Assembly (NCBI GenBank): GCA_001603165.1
Contig: LVBN01000080.1
Coordinates: 181-64,180 of the forward strand
Reading direction: 5' to 3'
Length of the DNA: 64,000 bases
Source of the DNA: Spirochaetales bacterium Spiro_12
GTDB taxonomy: Bacteria > Spirochaetota > Spirochaetia > Treponematales > Rectinemataceae
Shown here: positions 1 to 9,568 of the stretch, in pieces
How positions within the stretch are numbered: the first letter of the stretch is position 1
How the letters are laid out: each line of letters begins with the position of its first letter
Position numbers and translations under genes: made by a program
Notes under the pieces: generated by a model
What the model saw: only the letters and a program-made list of their open reading frames with translations
Databases searched by the model: none
Told to the model about the DNA's origin: nothing

Positions 1-18
1 GACGGCCATTATTCAGCA

Positions 19-777
19 ATGGAACGATTGATTCTCGCCTCCTCGTCGCCGCGGCGAAAAGAACTATTGGAGAGCCTGTCCATTCCCTTTGTCCCCTTTT
101 CCCCGGATTTGGATGAGACTATCTATGACAACTTGGATCCCGAATTCAGAGTGAGGGCCCTGGCGGAGGCCAAGGCCATGGCGGTGGGAAAGTCGTTGCT
201 CGCCGACTCCTGTCCCATGGCTTCCTTCGGCGGACAATCTTCTTTTGTGGGACAGGCCTCCGCCGAAGGAGAGGTTCGCCCCGCAGGACAGCCTTCTTCC
301 GGTGGGTATCCGCCGCCACGACTGGTCGTGGCGGCGGATACCCTGGTCGTGCTCGGTTCGGGATCGCGGAAGAAGGTGATCGGAAAGCCGGCTACCATCG
401 AGGAAGCCCGCTCCATGCTGAAGTCGCTCCAAGGCGGCACCCATAGGGTCTATTCCGGTTTATGCCTGCTCAACCTGGAGACCGGGGGACGGGAAAGCGC
501 CGTGGCTTGCACGAAGCTGCGTTTCGCTCCCATGTCCGATCGGGAGGTGGAGGCGTATCTGGCAAGCGGAGAATGGCGGGGCGCCTCGGGAGCCTACAGG
601 ATTCAGGGACGGGCTTCGTATTATATCGATGTCATTGAAGGATCCTGGTCCTGCGTGGTGGGCTTGCCAATACGTGAGCTTTATGTCATTCTGTGCCGTG
701 CCGGCTACGATTTTACGCCGGACAAGGGCGCCTGGAGGCGCCCATATCTTCCGTCCGCGCCCGGGGATTCCCTTTAG
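19..777 (+). CDS. maf: Maf-like nucleoside triphosphate pyrophosphatase (septum formation protein Maf family)
   Basis: 252-aa ORF. LILASSSPRRKELL N-terminus, AADTLVV and GAYRIQG segments are typical of Maf/YhdE. It carries an atypical ~40-aa G/S/P-rich insert and a C-terminal tail. Confidence 0.85.
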   Translation: MERLILASSSPRRKELLESLSIPFVPFSPDLDETIYDNLDPEFRVRALAEAKAMAVGKSLLADSCPMASFGGQSSFVGQASAEGEVRPAGQPSSGGYPPPRLVVAADTLVVLGSGSRKKVIGKPATIEEARSMLKSLQGGTHRVYSGLCLLNLETGGRESAVACTKLRFAPMSDREVEAYLASGEWRGASGAYRIQGRASYYIDVIEGSWSCVVGLPIRELYVILCRAGYDFTPDKGAWRRPYLPSAPGDSL

Positions 778-837
778 GGTTGGCGGTACGAGAATAAGAG
801 AAGGGGATCGGCTACCCGCCGGTCACGGGAGGAACAC

Positions 838-1737
838 GTGGCAGTAGTCACCATGAAAAACCTGCTTGAGTCCGGTGTGCATTTCGGCCATCAGGTAAAG
901 CGTTGGGATCCGAGGATGAAAAAATTCATTTTCGCCGAGCGCAACGGAATTCACATCATCGACTTGCAGAAGACCATTCAGGCTATAAAAGACGCCTACG
1001 ACGCGGTCCAGAAGACCGTGAGCTCCGGAAAATCGGTGCTCTTCGTCGGAACTAAAAAGCAAGCCCAGACAGCCATACAGAAAGAAGCCGAACGCTGCGA
1101 GCAGTTCTATGTGAACAATCGCTGGCTCGGTGGCATGCTTACCAATTTCAGCACCATAAAGAAGTCGATTCAGCGCCTCAAGAAAATCGAACGCATGGAG
1201 GTGGATGGCACCTTCGAAAGTCTCACCAAGAAGGAAATCGCCAGCCTGCAGAAGGAAAAGGTGAAGCTGGAGAAAAACCTGGGCGGGATCAAGGAAATGA
1301 AGGATCTCCCGGGCATCATCTTCGTGGTGGACACCAGGAAGGAAGCTATCGCCGTGGCCGAAGCCCAGCGATTGGGTATTCCCATCGCCGCCGTCGTGGA
1401 TACGAACTGCAATCCCGAGGGCATCACCTACCCCATTCCCGGCAACGACGACGCTATCAGGTCCATAAGCCTTTTTACCCAGATCATAGCCAACGCCGTG
1501 GTCGAAGCCGGAGCCTCCGAGGGGCTCAAGATTATCGAGAGCCTGCCCTCCGACGAAGCCGAAGAAGTCCACACAGATGCCGTGCGCAAGGATGAGGAAG
1601 AGGTCGAGGTGGATATCGACAGCTACGCCGCCAAGGTCGAATCCGCCGAGCCCGGCGCCCCCGTCGTCGTCGAGGAAGCCGAGGCTGAGGCGAGCCTGCC
1701 CATCATCGATGAAGACAAGCTCTACGAGACGAAATAA
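838..1737 (+). CDS. rpsB: 30S ribosomal protein S2
   Basis: GTG start 5 nt after [34 protein letters not shown] matches the S2 N-terminus. Acidic C-terminal extension. Confidence 0.97.
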   Translation: MAVVTMKNLLESGVHFGHQVKRWDPRMKKFIFAERNGIHIIDLQKTIQAIKDAYDAVQKTVSSGKSVLFVGTKKQAQTAIQKEAERCEQFYVNNRWLGGMLTNFSTIKKSIQRLKKIERMEVDGTFESLTKKEIASLQKEKVKLEKNLGGIKEMKDLPGIIFVVDTRKEAIAVAEAQRLGIPIAAVVDTNCNPEGITYPIPGNDDAIRSISLFTQIIANAVVEAGASEGLKIIESLPSDEAEEVHTDAVRKDEEEVEVDIDSYAAKVESAEPGAPVVVEEAEAEASLPIIDEDKLYETK

Positions 1738-1753
1738 ATAAGGAGTCAGTACC

Positions 1754-2608
1754 ATGGATATAAAAGCGACAGACATTAAAACCCTCCGGGAGAAGACCGG
1801 CGCGGGGATGATGGATTGCAAAAAAGCCCTGGTCGAGGCCGAAGGCGATTTCGCCGCCGCGGAAAAGCTTTTGCGCGAGTGGGGAATGGCGGGGGTCGAA
1901 AAGCGCTCGGGTCGGGCGACCAACGAAGGTAGGGTATTCGTCCTGGAAACCGGGAAGGCAATTTCCCTGGTGGAGATCGTTTGCGAGACGGATTTCGTCG
2001 CCAAAAACGCCGATTTTATCGCCGCTGGCGATAAAATCGCCGCCAAAGCCTTTGAGATGAAGGCGGATGGGCCCAACGAGACGCTCGAAGCCATGGTCAA
2101 GGATATCGCCGTCGTGATCAAGGAAAACATCGCCCTCAAGCGTGTGCGATATTTCACCGCCGCCCTCGGAGAGTACCTCCACAGTTATTCCCACGGCGAG
2201 GGGAAAATCGTGGTCGTCGTAAAGGCCTCCTCGTCCTCAGGCGACGCTTTCGCCAGCGAAACGGTCAAGACCTTCGTCCACGATACCGCCCTGCACATCG
2301 CCGCCTTCAGCCCGATGTTCCTGGATCAGAGCAAGCCCGATGCGACCTGGGTGGAGGAGCAGAAGGAAATCTTCGCCAAACAGGTGGAGCTGGATGAAAA
2401 ACTCAAGTCCAAACCCGCGAAGGTGGTGGAAGGCATCCTGGCGGGCAAACTGAAAAAGCTCATGTCCGAGGTCTGCCTCCTGGATCAGCCCTTTGTGCGC
2501 GACGAGAAAATGAGCGTCGCGACCGCCTTGGCCGCGGCCAAGAAAGAATCGGGCTTCGATTTTTCCATAGTGGATTACTATTACATCAAGGTTGGCGAGG
2601 CCGCCTAA
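1754..2608 (+). CDS. tsf: Translation elongation factor Ts
   Basis: AAGGAG SD. LREKTGAGMMDCKKAL N-terminal EF-Ts signature. Immediately follows rpsB. Confidence 0.97.
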   Translation: MDIKATDIKTLREKTGAGMMDCKKALVEAEGDFAAAEKLLREWGMAGVEKRSGRATNEGRVFVLETGKAISLVEIVCETDFVAKNADFIAAGDKIAAKAFEMKADGPNETLEAMVKDIAVVIKENIALKRVRYFTAALGEYLHSYSHGEGKIVVVVKASSSSGDAFASETVKTFVHDTALHIAAFSPMFLDQSKPDATWVEEQKEIFAKQVELDEKLKSKPAKVVEGILAGKLKKLMSEVCLLDQPFVRDEKMSVATALAAAKKESGFDFSIVDYYYIKVGEAA

Positions 2609-2632
2609 GGTCCGCCAAAACGCCATCCTGAA

Positions 2633-2675
2633 CTGGATCCGGAGCAAAGCTCTCCGGGTCCAGCCGTCTTATTTG
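2633..2675 (+). terminator. Intrinsic terminator/attenuator-like hairpin between tsf and frr
   Basis: 12-bp stem ctggatccggag/ctccgggtccag (one G-U pair), 7-nt loop, followed by ccgtcttattt. Confidence 0.4.
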
Positions 2676-2687
2676 GGGAGGTAACCG

Positions 2688-3242
2688 ATGGAATCCGTAA
2701 AAACAACCTGCGAAACAAGGATGAAAAAGACCATAGCCGCGCTCCGGGATGAGTTCAACGGCATCAGGACGGGACGGGCCTCTCCAAGCCTCCTGGATAA
2801 GATCCGGGTCGATTATTACGGGCAGAAAACCCCTCTTAGCCAGGTGGCGACGATTTCCGTGCCCGAGGCCAGGCTTATCGTGGTCCAACCCTGGGACCGG
2901 GCCCTTTTCAGCGAGATTGAAAAGGCCATTTTGAAATCCGAATTGGGCCTCAACCCCTCCAACGACGGGAAGGTCATTCGGCTCGCGATCCCCCCCCTCA
3001 CCGAGCAGCGGCGCAAGGCCTTGGTGAAGTCGGCCAAGGCTATCGCGGAACAATCGAGGGTGGCGATCCGCAACATCAGGCGCGATAGTCTCGAGGAGCT
3101 GAAAAAGGAGTCCGCAAACGAGAAAACCGCCGAGGATGTGGTGAAAAAGGTGGAGGAAGAGCTACAGAAACTCACCGATTCCTATATCGTTCAAATAGCC
3201 AAGGTTCTCGAAGAAAAAGAAAAAGAGATCATGGAAGTTTGA
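2688..3242 (+). CDS. frr: Ribosome recycling factor
   Basis: 184 aa. GGGGAGG SD. IRTGRASPSLLD and RNIRRD segments are typical of RRF. Confidence 0.97.
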   Translation: MESVKTTCETRMKKTIAALRDEFNGIRTGRASPSLLDKIRVDYYGQKTPLSQVATISVPEARLIVVQPWDRALFSEIEKAILKSELGLNPSNDGKVIRLAIPPLTEQRRKALVKSAKAIAEQSRVAIRNIRRDSLEELKKESANEKTAEDVVKKVEEELQKLTDSYIVQIAKVLEEKEKEIMEV

Positions 3243-3967
3243 ATGCCCAATCCAGGACTACCGGTCTAATGGCTACCCCATACCCTCCCCTCCATATAGG
3301 GATAATCATGGACGGGAACGGTCGCTGGGCCACGAAGCGAGGCTTGCCGCGCACCGAAGGACACCGTCAAGGGCTCGAGGCAGCCAAAAGGATCGTTGCG
3401 GCTTGTTCCGACCGGGGCGTTTCCTATCTTTCGCTTTATACCTTTTCCACGGAAAACTGGAAACGGACCACCGAGGAGGTGGGCTTCCTCATGGGCTTGA
3501 TAAAAACCCATTTGGCGGCGGAACTGGACTTTTACCGCAGGAATCGGATCAAGCTTATCCACTCGGGCAACCGCAGCGGTCTTCCCGCAGACATCCTGCG
3601 GGAGATCGACAAGACGGTGAGCGATACCTCGGCCTTCCCTGGCATGGTGGTCAATCTGGCCATCAATTACGGCGGCAGGGATGAGCTGCTCAGGGCTATC
3701 GGGAGGCTGGGCTCGGCAAAGGAGGCCGCGAGGGGCTCCCTTACCGAGAAAGATATAGCTTCCGTCCTCGATCATCCTGAAATGCCCGACCCGGACCTCA
3801 TTATTCGTACCGGAGGAGAGACGAGACTGTCGAATTTTCTTCTCTGGCAGTCCGCTTATTCGGAACTCTACTTTACCGATCGTTTATGGCCGGATTTCGA
3901 TGAAGAGGCTCTGGATAAAGCTCTGGCCGATTTCCGCTCAAGAGACCGAAGGTTCGGAGGACTATAA
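3239..3967 (+). CDS. uppS: Undecaprenyl-diphosphate synthase (cis-prenyltransferase)
   Basis: HIGIIMDGNGRWA and IRTGGETRLSNFLLWQSAYSELYF motifs. TTG 3239 overlaps the frr stop; ATG 3269 is an alternative start. Confidence 0.93.
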   Translation: MNAQSRTTGLMATPYPPLHIGIIMDGNGRWATKRGLPRTEGHRQGLEAAKRIVAACSDRGVSYLSLYTFSTENWKRTTEEVGFLMGLIKTHLAAELDFYRRNRIKLIHSGNRSGLPADILREIDKTVSDTSAFPGMVVNLAINYGGRDELLRAIGRLGSAKEAARGSLTEKDIASVLDHPEMPDPDLIIRTGGETRLSNFLLWQSAYSELYFTDRLWPDFDEEALDKALADFRSRDRRFGGL

Positions 3968-4849
3968 ATGACGAAAAATACCGTCCAACGCCTCTTAATC
4001 TTCTTTCTCGGCGTGCCCCTTTTTATTCTCTTCGAACTCTACGCCTCCTTCGGCAGGAACTTTCTCCTGGTGCTCGTGGCGATGGGGATTCAAGTGGGGT
4101 CGATATACGAAACCGTCGGTCTTTTTGGCAAAAAAGGAATCAAGCTGCATCGGGTCTATCTCGCGGCATTGTCCCTGCTGAGCTCGTCCTTGGTCTACTT
4201 ATCGCCCCTTTACGGTCATCTGCTCCCGGCAGCCAAAAGTCCGCTGGAACTCCTTCTGCTCGTCTCTTTCCTCGGTAGCCTGGCGGCCGTGGCTCCCTTC
4301 GCCTTTTCGAAAAAGGAGGATTTCGATTCCCTTTTACCCAGGATGGCTGCCTCGCTCTTTTGCTATTTTTACTGCGGCATTCTCGGCGCCTGCCTGGTCT
4401 ACATAGGTTCCTGCTTTCCCCAGCACAGCAATCCCCTGTTCATATTCCTCCTCATGACTTCCGGAAACGACAGTCTGGCGTGGTTGATAGGAGTAAGCTT
4501 CGGACGCAAACGGGGGGTCGTCGCCGTATCGCCCAACAAGAGTCTGGCCGGATTTGTCGGGGGACTGGCGGGTTCCCTCCTCGCGGCGTTGGTATCCTAC
4601 TACCTGTTTCCCAGGGCGGGTGTCTCCTCCCTGGCTTCCCTGCTTTTTCTGGGGCTTTGCGTGGGCATAGCGGTGATTCTGGGCGATCTCGTGGAAAGCG
4701 CCCTCAAGCGTTCCGCGGGCGTCAAGGACTCGAGCTCCCTTATTCCCGGCAGGGGTGGGATTCTGGATTCCTTCGACAGCCTTCTTTTCTCCGCGCCGCT
4801 CTTCATCGCCATAGCTTCGATCTGGGGATTCTTCCCTCCCCTGGGATAG
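3968..4849 (+). CDS. cdsA: Phosphatidate cytidylyltransferase
   Basis: Polytopic membrane protein. C-terminal SALKRSAGVKDSSSLIPGRGGILDSFDS signature of CDP-diglyceride synthases. ATG directly after the uppS stop. Confidence 0.85.
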   Translation: MTKNTVQRLLIFFLGVPLFILFELYASFGRNFLLVLVAMGIQVGSIYETVGLFGKKGIKLHRVYLAALSLLSSSLVYLSPLYGHLLPAAKSPLELLLLVSFLGSLAAVAPFAFSKKEDFDSLLPRMAASLFCYFYCGILGACLVYIGSCFPQHSNPLFIFLLMTSGNDSLAWLIGVSFGRKRGVVAVSPNKSLAGFVGGLAGSLLAALVSYYLFPRAGVSSLASLLFLGLCVGIAVILGDLVESALKRSAGVKDSSSLIPGRGGILDSFDSLLFSAPLFIAIASIWGFFPPLG

Positions 4850-4857
4850 GCTCCATT

Positions 4858-6063
4858 ATGACGAAAAAGCTAATAATACTCGGCGCCACAGGATCCATCG
4901 GCAGACAGACCCTCGAATGCGTCCAAAAGGCCAACCGCAGGGTTCCCGGCAGTTTCGAAGTAGCAGGACTGTCGGCAAACAGAGACTTCGAAGGTCTCAT
5001 GAATCTCGCGGAAGAATACCCGGAGGCCCTGCTTGCCCTCGGGGCCCCTCCCCCTTCTGCCGGCGGCGGCGGCCCCTTAGCCGGCTCCTCCAGCAGCCCG
5101 ACAAACCACCGGGATGTATCGAGGCGCCTTAGTTTTGTTGGCGGGGACGCGGTGACAAAACTTCTGGATAATTGCGACGCCGATCTGGTGGTCAACGGTA
5201 TAGCCGGCTCTCCCGGACTCATGGCATCCCACGCTTCCCTGCGGCGGGGGATGAGCCTTGCCCTGGCCAATAAAGAGTCGGTGGTAATGGGATACAGCCT
5301 CCTGGCCTCTCTGGCGGAAGCCAGGAAAATCGCCATCATCCCCGTCGACTCGGAACATGCCGCGCTTTTTCAGCTTGTACGACGCTGCGGCGCGAAATCG
5401 ATCCGCGAGCTGTGCATAACCGCTTCGGGAGGTCCTTTCAGGGACAGGCCCCTGGCAGACCTGTCGACGATCAGCCCGGCCCAGGCGGCGGCCCACCCGG
5501 TATGGAAGATGGGAAGGAAGATCAGTATAGATTCGGCCACCTTGGCCAACAAGGGCCTGGAGCTTATTGAGGCGGTCCGGCTTTTCGGCTTTTCCGAAAA
5601 AGCGGTGCGGGTGCTCATACATCCCGAGAGCCTGGTACACGCCCTGGTTAGAACCATCGATGGATCGCTCTATGCCAATCTATCAAAACCCGACATGCGC
5701 CTGCCCATCGACATAGCCCTTCACTGGCCGGAGGAACGGGAGTCGGCTTTCGGAAAGCTCGATCTGGCCGGGAAGACCATGAGCTTCTTCGATCCCGACC
5801 CTTCCCGATTCCCCATGCTACGGCTCGCCCGCGAGGCCCTTCGCCAAGGCGAATCGGCGACGATAGCGTACAACGCCTCGAACGAAATAGCGGTTGGGGC
5901 CTTCGATGAAGGGCGGATACGCTTCACCGACATCGCCTCGGTCGTCGCCGATACCTTGAGCGCCGACTGGTCTTTCCCCGCCGGGGATTTGGACAGTATC
6001 TTTTACCATGACGACAAGGCCAGGGAAAGAGCCAGGGCCTTTGTCGCGGAGATCCAATGCTGA
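4858..6063 (+). CDS. dxr: 1-deoxy-D-xylulose 5-phosphate reductoisomerase
   Basis: ORF-track ORF 4360..6063 trimmed to ATG 4858 (MTKKLIILGATGSIGRQTL NADPH-binding start). VDSEHAALFQ and LANKG motifs. The upstream part of the ORF overlaps cdsA in another frame. Confidence 0.93.
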   Translation: MTKKLIILGATGSIGRQTLECVQKANRRVPGSFEVAGLSANRDFEGLMNLAEEYPEALLALGAPPPSAGGGGPLAGSSSSPTNHRDVSRRLSFVGGDAVTKLLDNCDADLVVNGIAGSPGLMASHASLRRGMSLALANKESVVMGYSLLASLAEARKIAIIPVDSEHAALFQLVRRCGAKSIRELCITASGGPFRDRPLADLSTISPAQAAAHPVWKMGRKISIDSATLANKGLELIEAVRLFGFSEKAVRVLIHPESLVHALVRTIDGSLYANLSKPDMRLPIDIALHWPEERESAFGKLDLAGKTMSFFDPDPSRFPMLRLAREALRQGESATIAYNASNEIAVGAFDEGRIRFTDIASVVADTLSADWSFPAGDLDSIFYHDDKARERARAFVAEIQC

Positions 6064-7424
6064 CAGTGCTTTATGGCCTATTAGGGCTTTCCATCGTTGT
6101 ACTCATCCACGAGCTCGGCCACTTCATGGCCGCCCGTTTAGTCGGCATCGAGGTCGAAGCCTTTTCCATCGGCATGGGACCTAAGCTCTTCGGCCTCAGC
6201 CGTGGTGGCACGGAATGGAGGATTTCGGCCTTCCCTTTGGGCGGTTACTGTCGCATGAAGGGCGAGGAAGGGTTCAAGCAGGCCTTGGAGCGCAAGCTGG
6301 AACATATCCCCGCCGAAAAAGGATCTTTCTACGGAGAGGCGGCGTGGAAGCGAATTCTCATACTCCTGGCCGGCCCCTTCTTCAACCTTCTGTTCGCCGC
6401 GCTTCTCTTTGGCATCGTCGCGCTGGTGGGCCTGCGCGTCGAAACGCTTCCCAACAGAATCGTCCTAGCCTCCGACTATCCTCTGCTCTCCGGACAAACG
6501 GGCGGCGAGCTTAGTCCCGCCCAGGCCGGAGGGCTTAAAACCGGGGACTGGATCGTCGCCATCGACGGGAAACCGGTAAAGGACTATTCGGATCTTCAGG
6601 ACTTAGTCAGCGTCAATGCCCAGAAGGAATTGCTCTTCGAGGTTGAGCGCTCCGGGACGCGCCTCTTTCTGAGGTTGCGCCCCAGATTGGACAAGGAGAG
6701 CGGCCAAGGACTCATCGGCGTCTACGCCTGGGCGGAACCCTTGGTCGCTTCGGTGGCCAGGGGGAGTTCGGCCGCTATCGCCGGTCTTAAGCCCGGCGAT
6801 TATATCGTCGAGCTTCAAGGAGAGCCGGTCAAGCATAGCATCGATATTTCCTCGATCCTGGCCAAGAAACCCGAGCGCGCCACGATACGGATACGCAGAG
6901 GAAGCGAACTGCTCGATTTCACCCTCGTGCTTTCCTACGACTCCGCCTCCTCCCCGCTGGGGCTCTCCTTCGCGACGATAACGAAGGAGGAACGGGCCGC
7001 TTCGGTGGGAAAGGCCTTCGTCCAAGGCTGGGTTGAAAGTTTCGAGATGATTGGCCTCAGCGTGAAAGGGCTTGGCATGCTGTTCCGGGGGGTTAATCTT
7101 TTCAAGGCGATCTCCGGACCCGCGCGGATCACCTATCTTATCGGAAGCGCGACCCAGGCGAGCATAGCCTCTTCAGGAGCTGCGGGCTTAAGCACTATCC
7201 TCAGCTTCCTGGCCTTCCTCTCGGTGAGCCTGTTCATCATGAATCTTTTGCCGATCCCGGCCTTGGACGGGGGACAGATACTCCTGTCCCTTGCGGAGAT
7301 TTTCAGACGCAAACCCCTGCTTACCACCACGATTTACCGTTTTCAATTCATCGGGGTCGCGATGATTCTCCTGTTGTTCTTCATAGCGACGTTCAGCGAC
7401 ATTCTTTTTTTCTCGGGTCGCTGA
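6057..7424 (+). CDS. rseP: RIP site-2 zinc metalloprotease RseP/YluC family
   Basis: HELGH in the first TM helix, central PDZ-like segments, C-terminal NLLPIPALDGG motif. ATG overlaps the dxr stop. Confidence 0.9.
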   Translation: MLTVLYGLLGLSIVVLIHELGHFMAARLVGIEVEAFSIGMGPKLFGLSRGGTEWRISAFPLGGYCRMKGEEGFKQALERKLEHIPAEKGSFYGEAAWKRILILLAGPFFNLLFAALLFGIVALVGLRVETLPNRIVLASDYPLLSGQTGGELSPAQAGGLKTGDWIVAIDGKPVKDYSDLQDLVSVNAQKELLFEVERSGTRLFLRLRPRLDKESGQGLIGVYAWAEPLVASVARGSSAAIAGLKPGDYIVELQGEPVKHSIDISSILAKKPERATIRIRRGSELLDFTLVLSYDSASSPLGLSFATITKEERAASVGKAFVQGWVESFEMIGLSVKGLGMLFRGVNLFKAISGPARITYLIGSATQASIASSGAAGLSTILSFLAFLSVSLFIMNLLPIPALDGGQILLSLAEIFRRKPLLTTTIYRFQFIGVAMILLLFFIATFSDILFFSGR

Positions 7425-7457
7425 CGACCCCGGGCTGGGGGCGGGATCTGGGCCGAT

Positions 7458-8798
7458 TCAACGCTCGAAGCGTTCCATATTGACGAATTTCGCATAGGCG
7501 GGCTTGAACCAGACATTGGTTTTGCCGATCGGACCGTTACGTTGCTTGGCGACGATAAGCTCGGTCTCGATTTGCTCGGATCGCTGGTCCTGAGTCTTGT
7601 TGATTTCCCTGTCCCTGTGCAAAAAGAGGATAAGATCCGCGTCCTGTTCGATGGATCCGGACTCCCGGACATCGGCCAGGTTGGGCTGCTTGCCCTCGGC
7701 CTCCCGCTTGAGCTGGGAAAGGGCGACGATGGGAATATCCAGCTCCCTGGCCAGGGACTTGAGCGAGCGGGAAATGGCCGAAATTTGTTCCCACCGGGGA
7801 AGCTCGGCGTTTTCGTGGGTTATGAGGGTGATATAGTCCACAAAGATGATCTTCACCCCCCGCTCCAGGACGAGCCGCCGGGCCATGGTGCGCAGCTCCA
7901 GCAGCTTCATGTTGGGCATGTCGACGATATAGAGAGGGGCCTCGTAGATTCTTCCCGCCGCGTCCATCAGGTCGTTGAGATCCGAACTGCGCAAGCGGCC
8001 GGTACGGATACGCTCGCCGGGCACCATGGCCTCCGAGCTTATTATTCTGTTCATCAGCGCCCGTTCGGACATTTCCAGGGAGAAAAAGGCCGCCGGAATT
8101 TTGCGGTCTATGGCGATATAGGAGGTAAAGCTGAGGGCAAGGGCCGTCTTTCCCACCGAAGGCCTGGCGCCGATGACAATGAACTCCGAATTTTGGAATC
8201 CCGAGGTCATGGCGTCCAGGTCCGTCAGGCCCGAGGGAATTCCGGTAAAGGCATTGGGATTGTTGCTCAGTTGCTCAATGACTGTGATGGTATCGGGGAT
8301 CAGCTCTTTTATCGAATGATAGGATGCCGTCCTGCGGTTTTGGGTTATTTCGAATATTTTCGCCTGGATCTGGTCCAGAATAGCCCCTGTTTCCGAGGTG
8401 TCGTCGAAGGCCAGGGAGCTGACCTCCGATGACAGCCGTATAAGGCTGCGCCGGGTGGACATTTCCTGGATAATCCGGGCGTAGTACTCCACGTTGGCCG
8501 CCGAGGGAGTCATGGAGGTCAGGGACGCGATATAGCCGGGGCCTCCCGCCCTGTCCAGGCTGCCGGCCAACCGCATCTCTTCCGTTATGGTTATGATGTC
8601 CGCCTTTTGCCCTTTTTCGTGGAGGGCTATGACGGCGGCGAATATCTGACTGTGGGCGGGGAGGTAGAAATCCTCGGGGCGGATATAGCGAACCACCGAG
8701 GCGAGGCTGTCGGGATCGAGAAGAAGGGCTCCCAGGCAGGCCTGCTCGGCTTCGGAATTATGGGGAGGTACCTTGTCCTTAAGGGTTTCGCTCGTCAT
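7458..8798 (-). CDS. dnaB: Replicative DNA helicase DnaB
   Basis: PPHNSEAEQACLGALLLD N-terminus, Walker A GARPSVGKTALAL, 446 aa. Confidence 0.96.
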   Translation of the reverse strand: MTSETLKDKVPPHNSEAEQACLGALLLDPDSLASVVRYIRPEDFYLPAHSQIFAAVIALHEKGQKADIITITEEMRLAGSLDRAGGPGYIASLTSMTPSAANVEYYARIIQEMSTRRSLIRLSSEVSSLAFDDTSETGAILDQIQAKIFEITQNRRTASYHSIKELIPDTITVIEQLSNNPNAFTGIPSGLTDLDAMTSGFQNSEFIVIGARPSVGKTALALSFTSYIAIDRKIPAAFFSLEMSERALMNRIISSEAMVPGERIRTGRLRSSDLNDLMDAAGRIYEAPLYIVDMPNMKLLELRTMARRLVLERGVKIIFVDYITLITHENAELPRWEQISAISRSLKSLARELDIPIVALSQLKREAEGKQPNLADVRESGSIEQDADLILFLHRDREINKTQDQRSEQIETELIVAKQRNGPIGKTNVWFKPAYAKFVNMERFER

Positions 8799-8820
8799 GG
8801 TCGTCCTTTAGCCTTGAAAG

Positions 8821-8826
8821 ATTATA
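8821..8826 (-). promoter_or_regulatory. Candidate -10 box (TATAAT) for dnaB
   Basis: The minus strand reads aatgTATAATctttcaaggctAAAGGAcgaccATG. Perfect -10 but weak -35. Confidence 0.3.
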
Positions 8827-8869
8827 CATTGGCGGCGGAGAAAAGGAAATGCGGAATAAAAGAACGGGT

Positions 8870-8910
8870 AGAATAAACGAAAGGGCCGGATAAAACAAAG
8901 CGCCGGCCCC
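8870..8910 (-). terminator. Intrinsic terminator-like hairpin downstream of rplI
   Basis: On the minus strand, stem GGGCCGG/CCGGCCC with a 13-nt loop, followed by TTTCGTTTATTC. Confidence 0.45.
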
Positions 8911-8977
8911 TAGGGTCAGCATCTTGCTGAGCTGACTTCGGGCCGGCGAGTAGTCGGGCGGAAGGCCACGATTTCGT

Positions 8978-9568
8978 TTAGTTCAAGCGTCCGGCGTTGA
9001 CGGCGGCTTCGAAGGCAGCCGCCTGCTCTTCGTCGGTGACCGGTTCGGCGGATTCGGTCCTGGGCTTTCTCTGCCGCTGCTTCTTGGGCTGTTCGCCCTC
9101 GTCAGCCTTTTCGGCTTTAACTTCCTGACCGAGCACGAGGAGCTTCAGCACAGCCTCCTCTTTCTCGTAGAGGTGGATATCGATTTTGTAGCTTCCGACG
9201 CTCTTTATCGAACGCCCGGGAATTTCGATCTTTTTGCGATCGATCTCCAGGCCTTTTTTCAAAAGCTCGTCCGCGACCGCGGCGTTCGTGACCGCGCCGT
9301 AGAGTTTGCCGTTGGCACCCGCGGGCATGGTGATCGAAAGCTCCTCCGCCTCGATGCGGTCCTTGAGGGAAGCGGAAGCCTTGCGCTTCTCTTCCTTTAT
9401 GGCCAGGATCTCGTTTTTGCGATGCTCGAAGAGCTGGACGCTTCTGGCGTTGTAGACTATGGCCAGATCGCGGGGAAGCAAGAAATTGCGGGCGTAGCCC
9501 GGAGCGACTTCTTTTACGTCGCCGATCTCTCCCAGATTGGGGACATCCTGATTCAGGATCACTTTCAT
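8978..9568 (-). CDS. rplI: 50S ribosomal protein L9
   Basis: Start trimmed to ATG 9568 (AGGAG SD; MKVILNQDVPNLGEIGDVKEV). ATGA overlap with the upstream DUF2232 stop. Lys/Glu-rich C-terminal extension. Confidence 0.95.
   Translation of the reverse strand: MKVILNQDVPNLGEIGDVKEVAPGYARNFLLPRDLAIVYNARSVQLFEHRKNEILAIKEEKRKASASLKDRIEAEELSITMPAGANGKLYGAVTNAAVADELLKKGLEIDRKKIEIPGRSIKSVGSYKIDIHLYEKEEAVLKLLVLGQEVKAEKADEGEQPKKQRQRKPRTESAEPVTDEEQAAAFEAAVNAGRLN

Noticed and set aside
823-2157. 444-aa ORF antisense to rpsB/tsf. Similar very long antisense ORFs lie at 14055-16172, 24029-26083, 34003-35388, 45130-46395, 46461-47786, 54002-56347 and 61805-63250.
   Set aside because: Each lies exactly opposite a confidently identified conserved gene. 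Their products are low-complexity (G/R/P/A-rich) with no recognisable motifs. Long stop-free antisense frames are expected in GC-rich coding DNA.
4360-4857. N-terminal 166-codon extension of the dxr ORF.
   Set aside because: It overlaps cdsA in another frame and gives an Arg/Pro/Gly-rich nonsense-like sequence. The conserved Dxr N-terminus begins at ATG 4858, just after the cdsA stop.
8799-8977. 179-bp rplI-dnaB spacer as a possible small RNA gene.
   Set aside because: Its helices are adequately explained as an rplI terminator plus the dnaB promoter and SD. I recognised no conserved sRNA (tmRNA, SRP, RNase P or 6S) signature.
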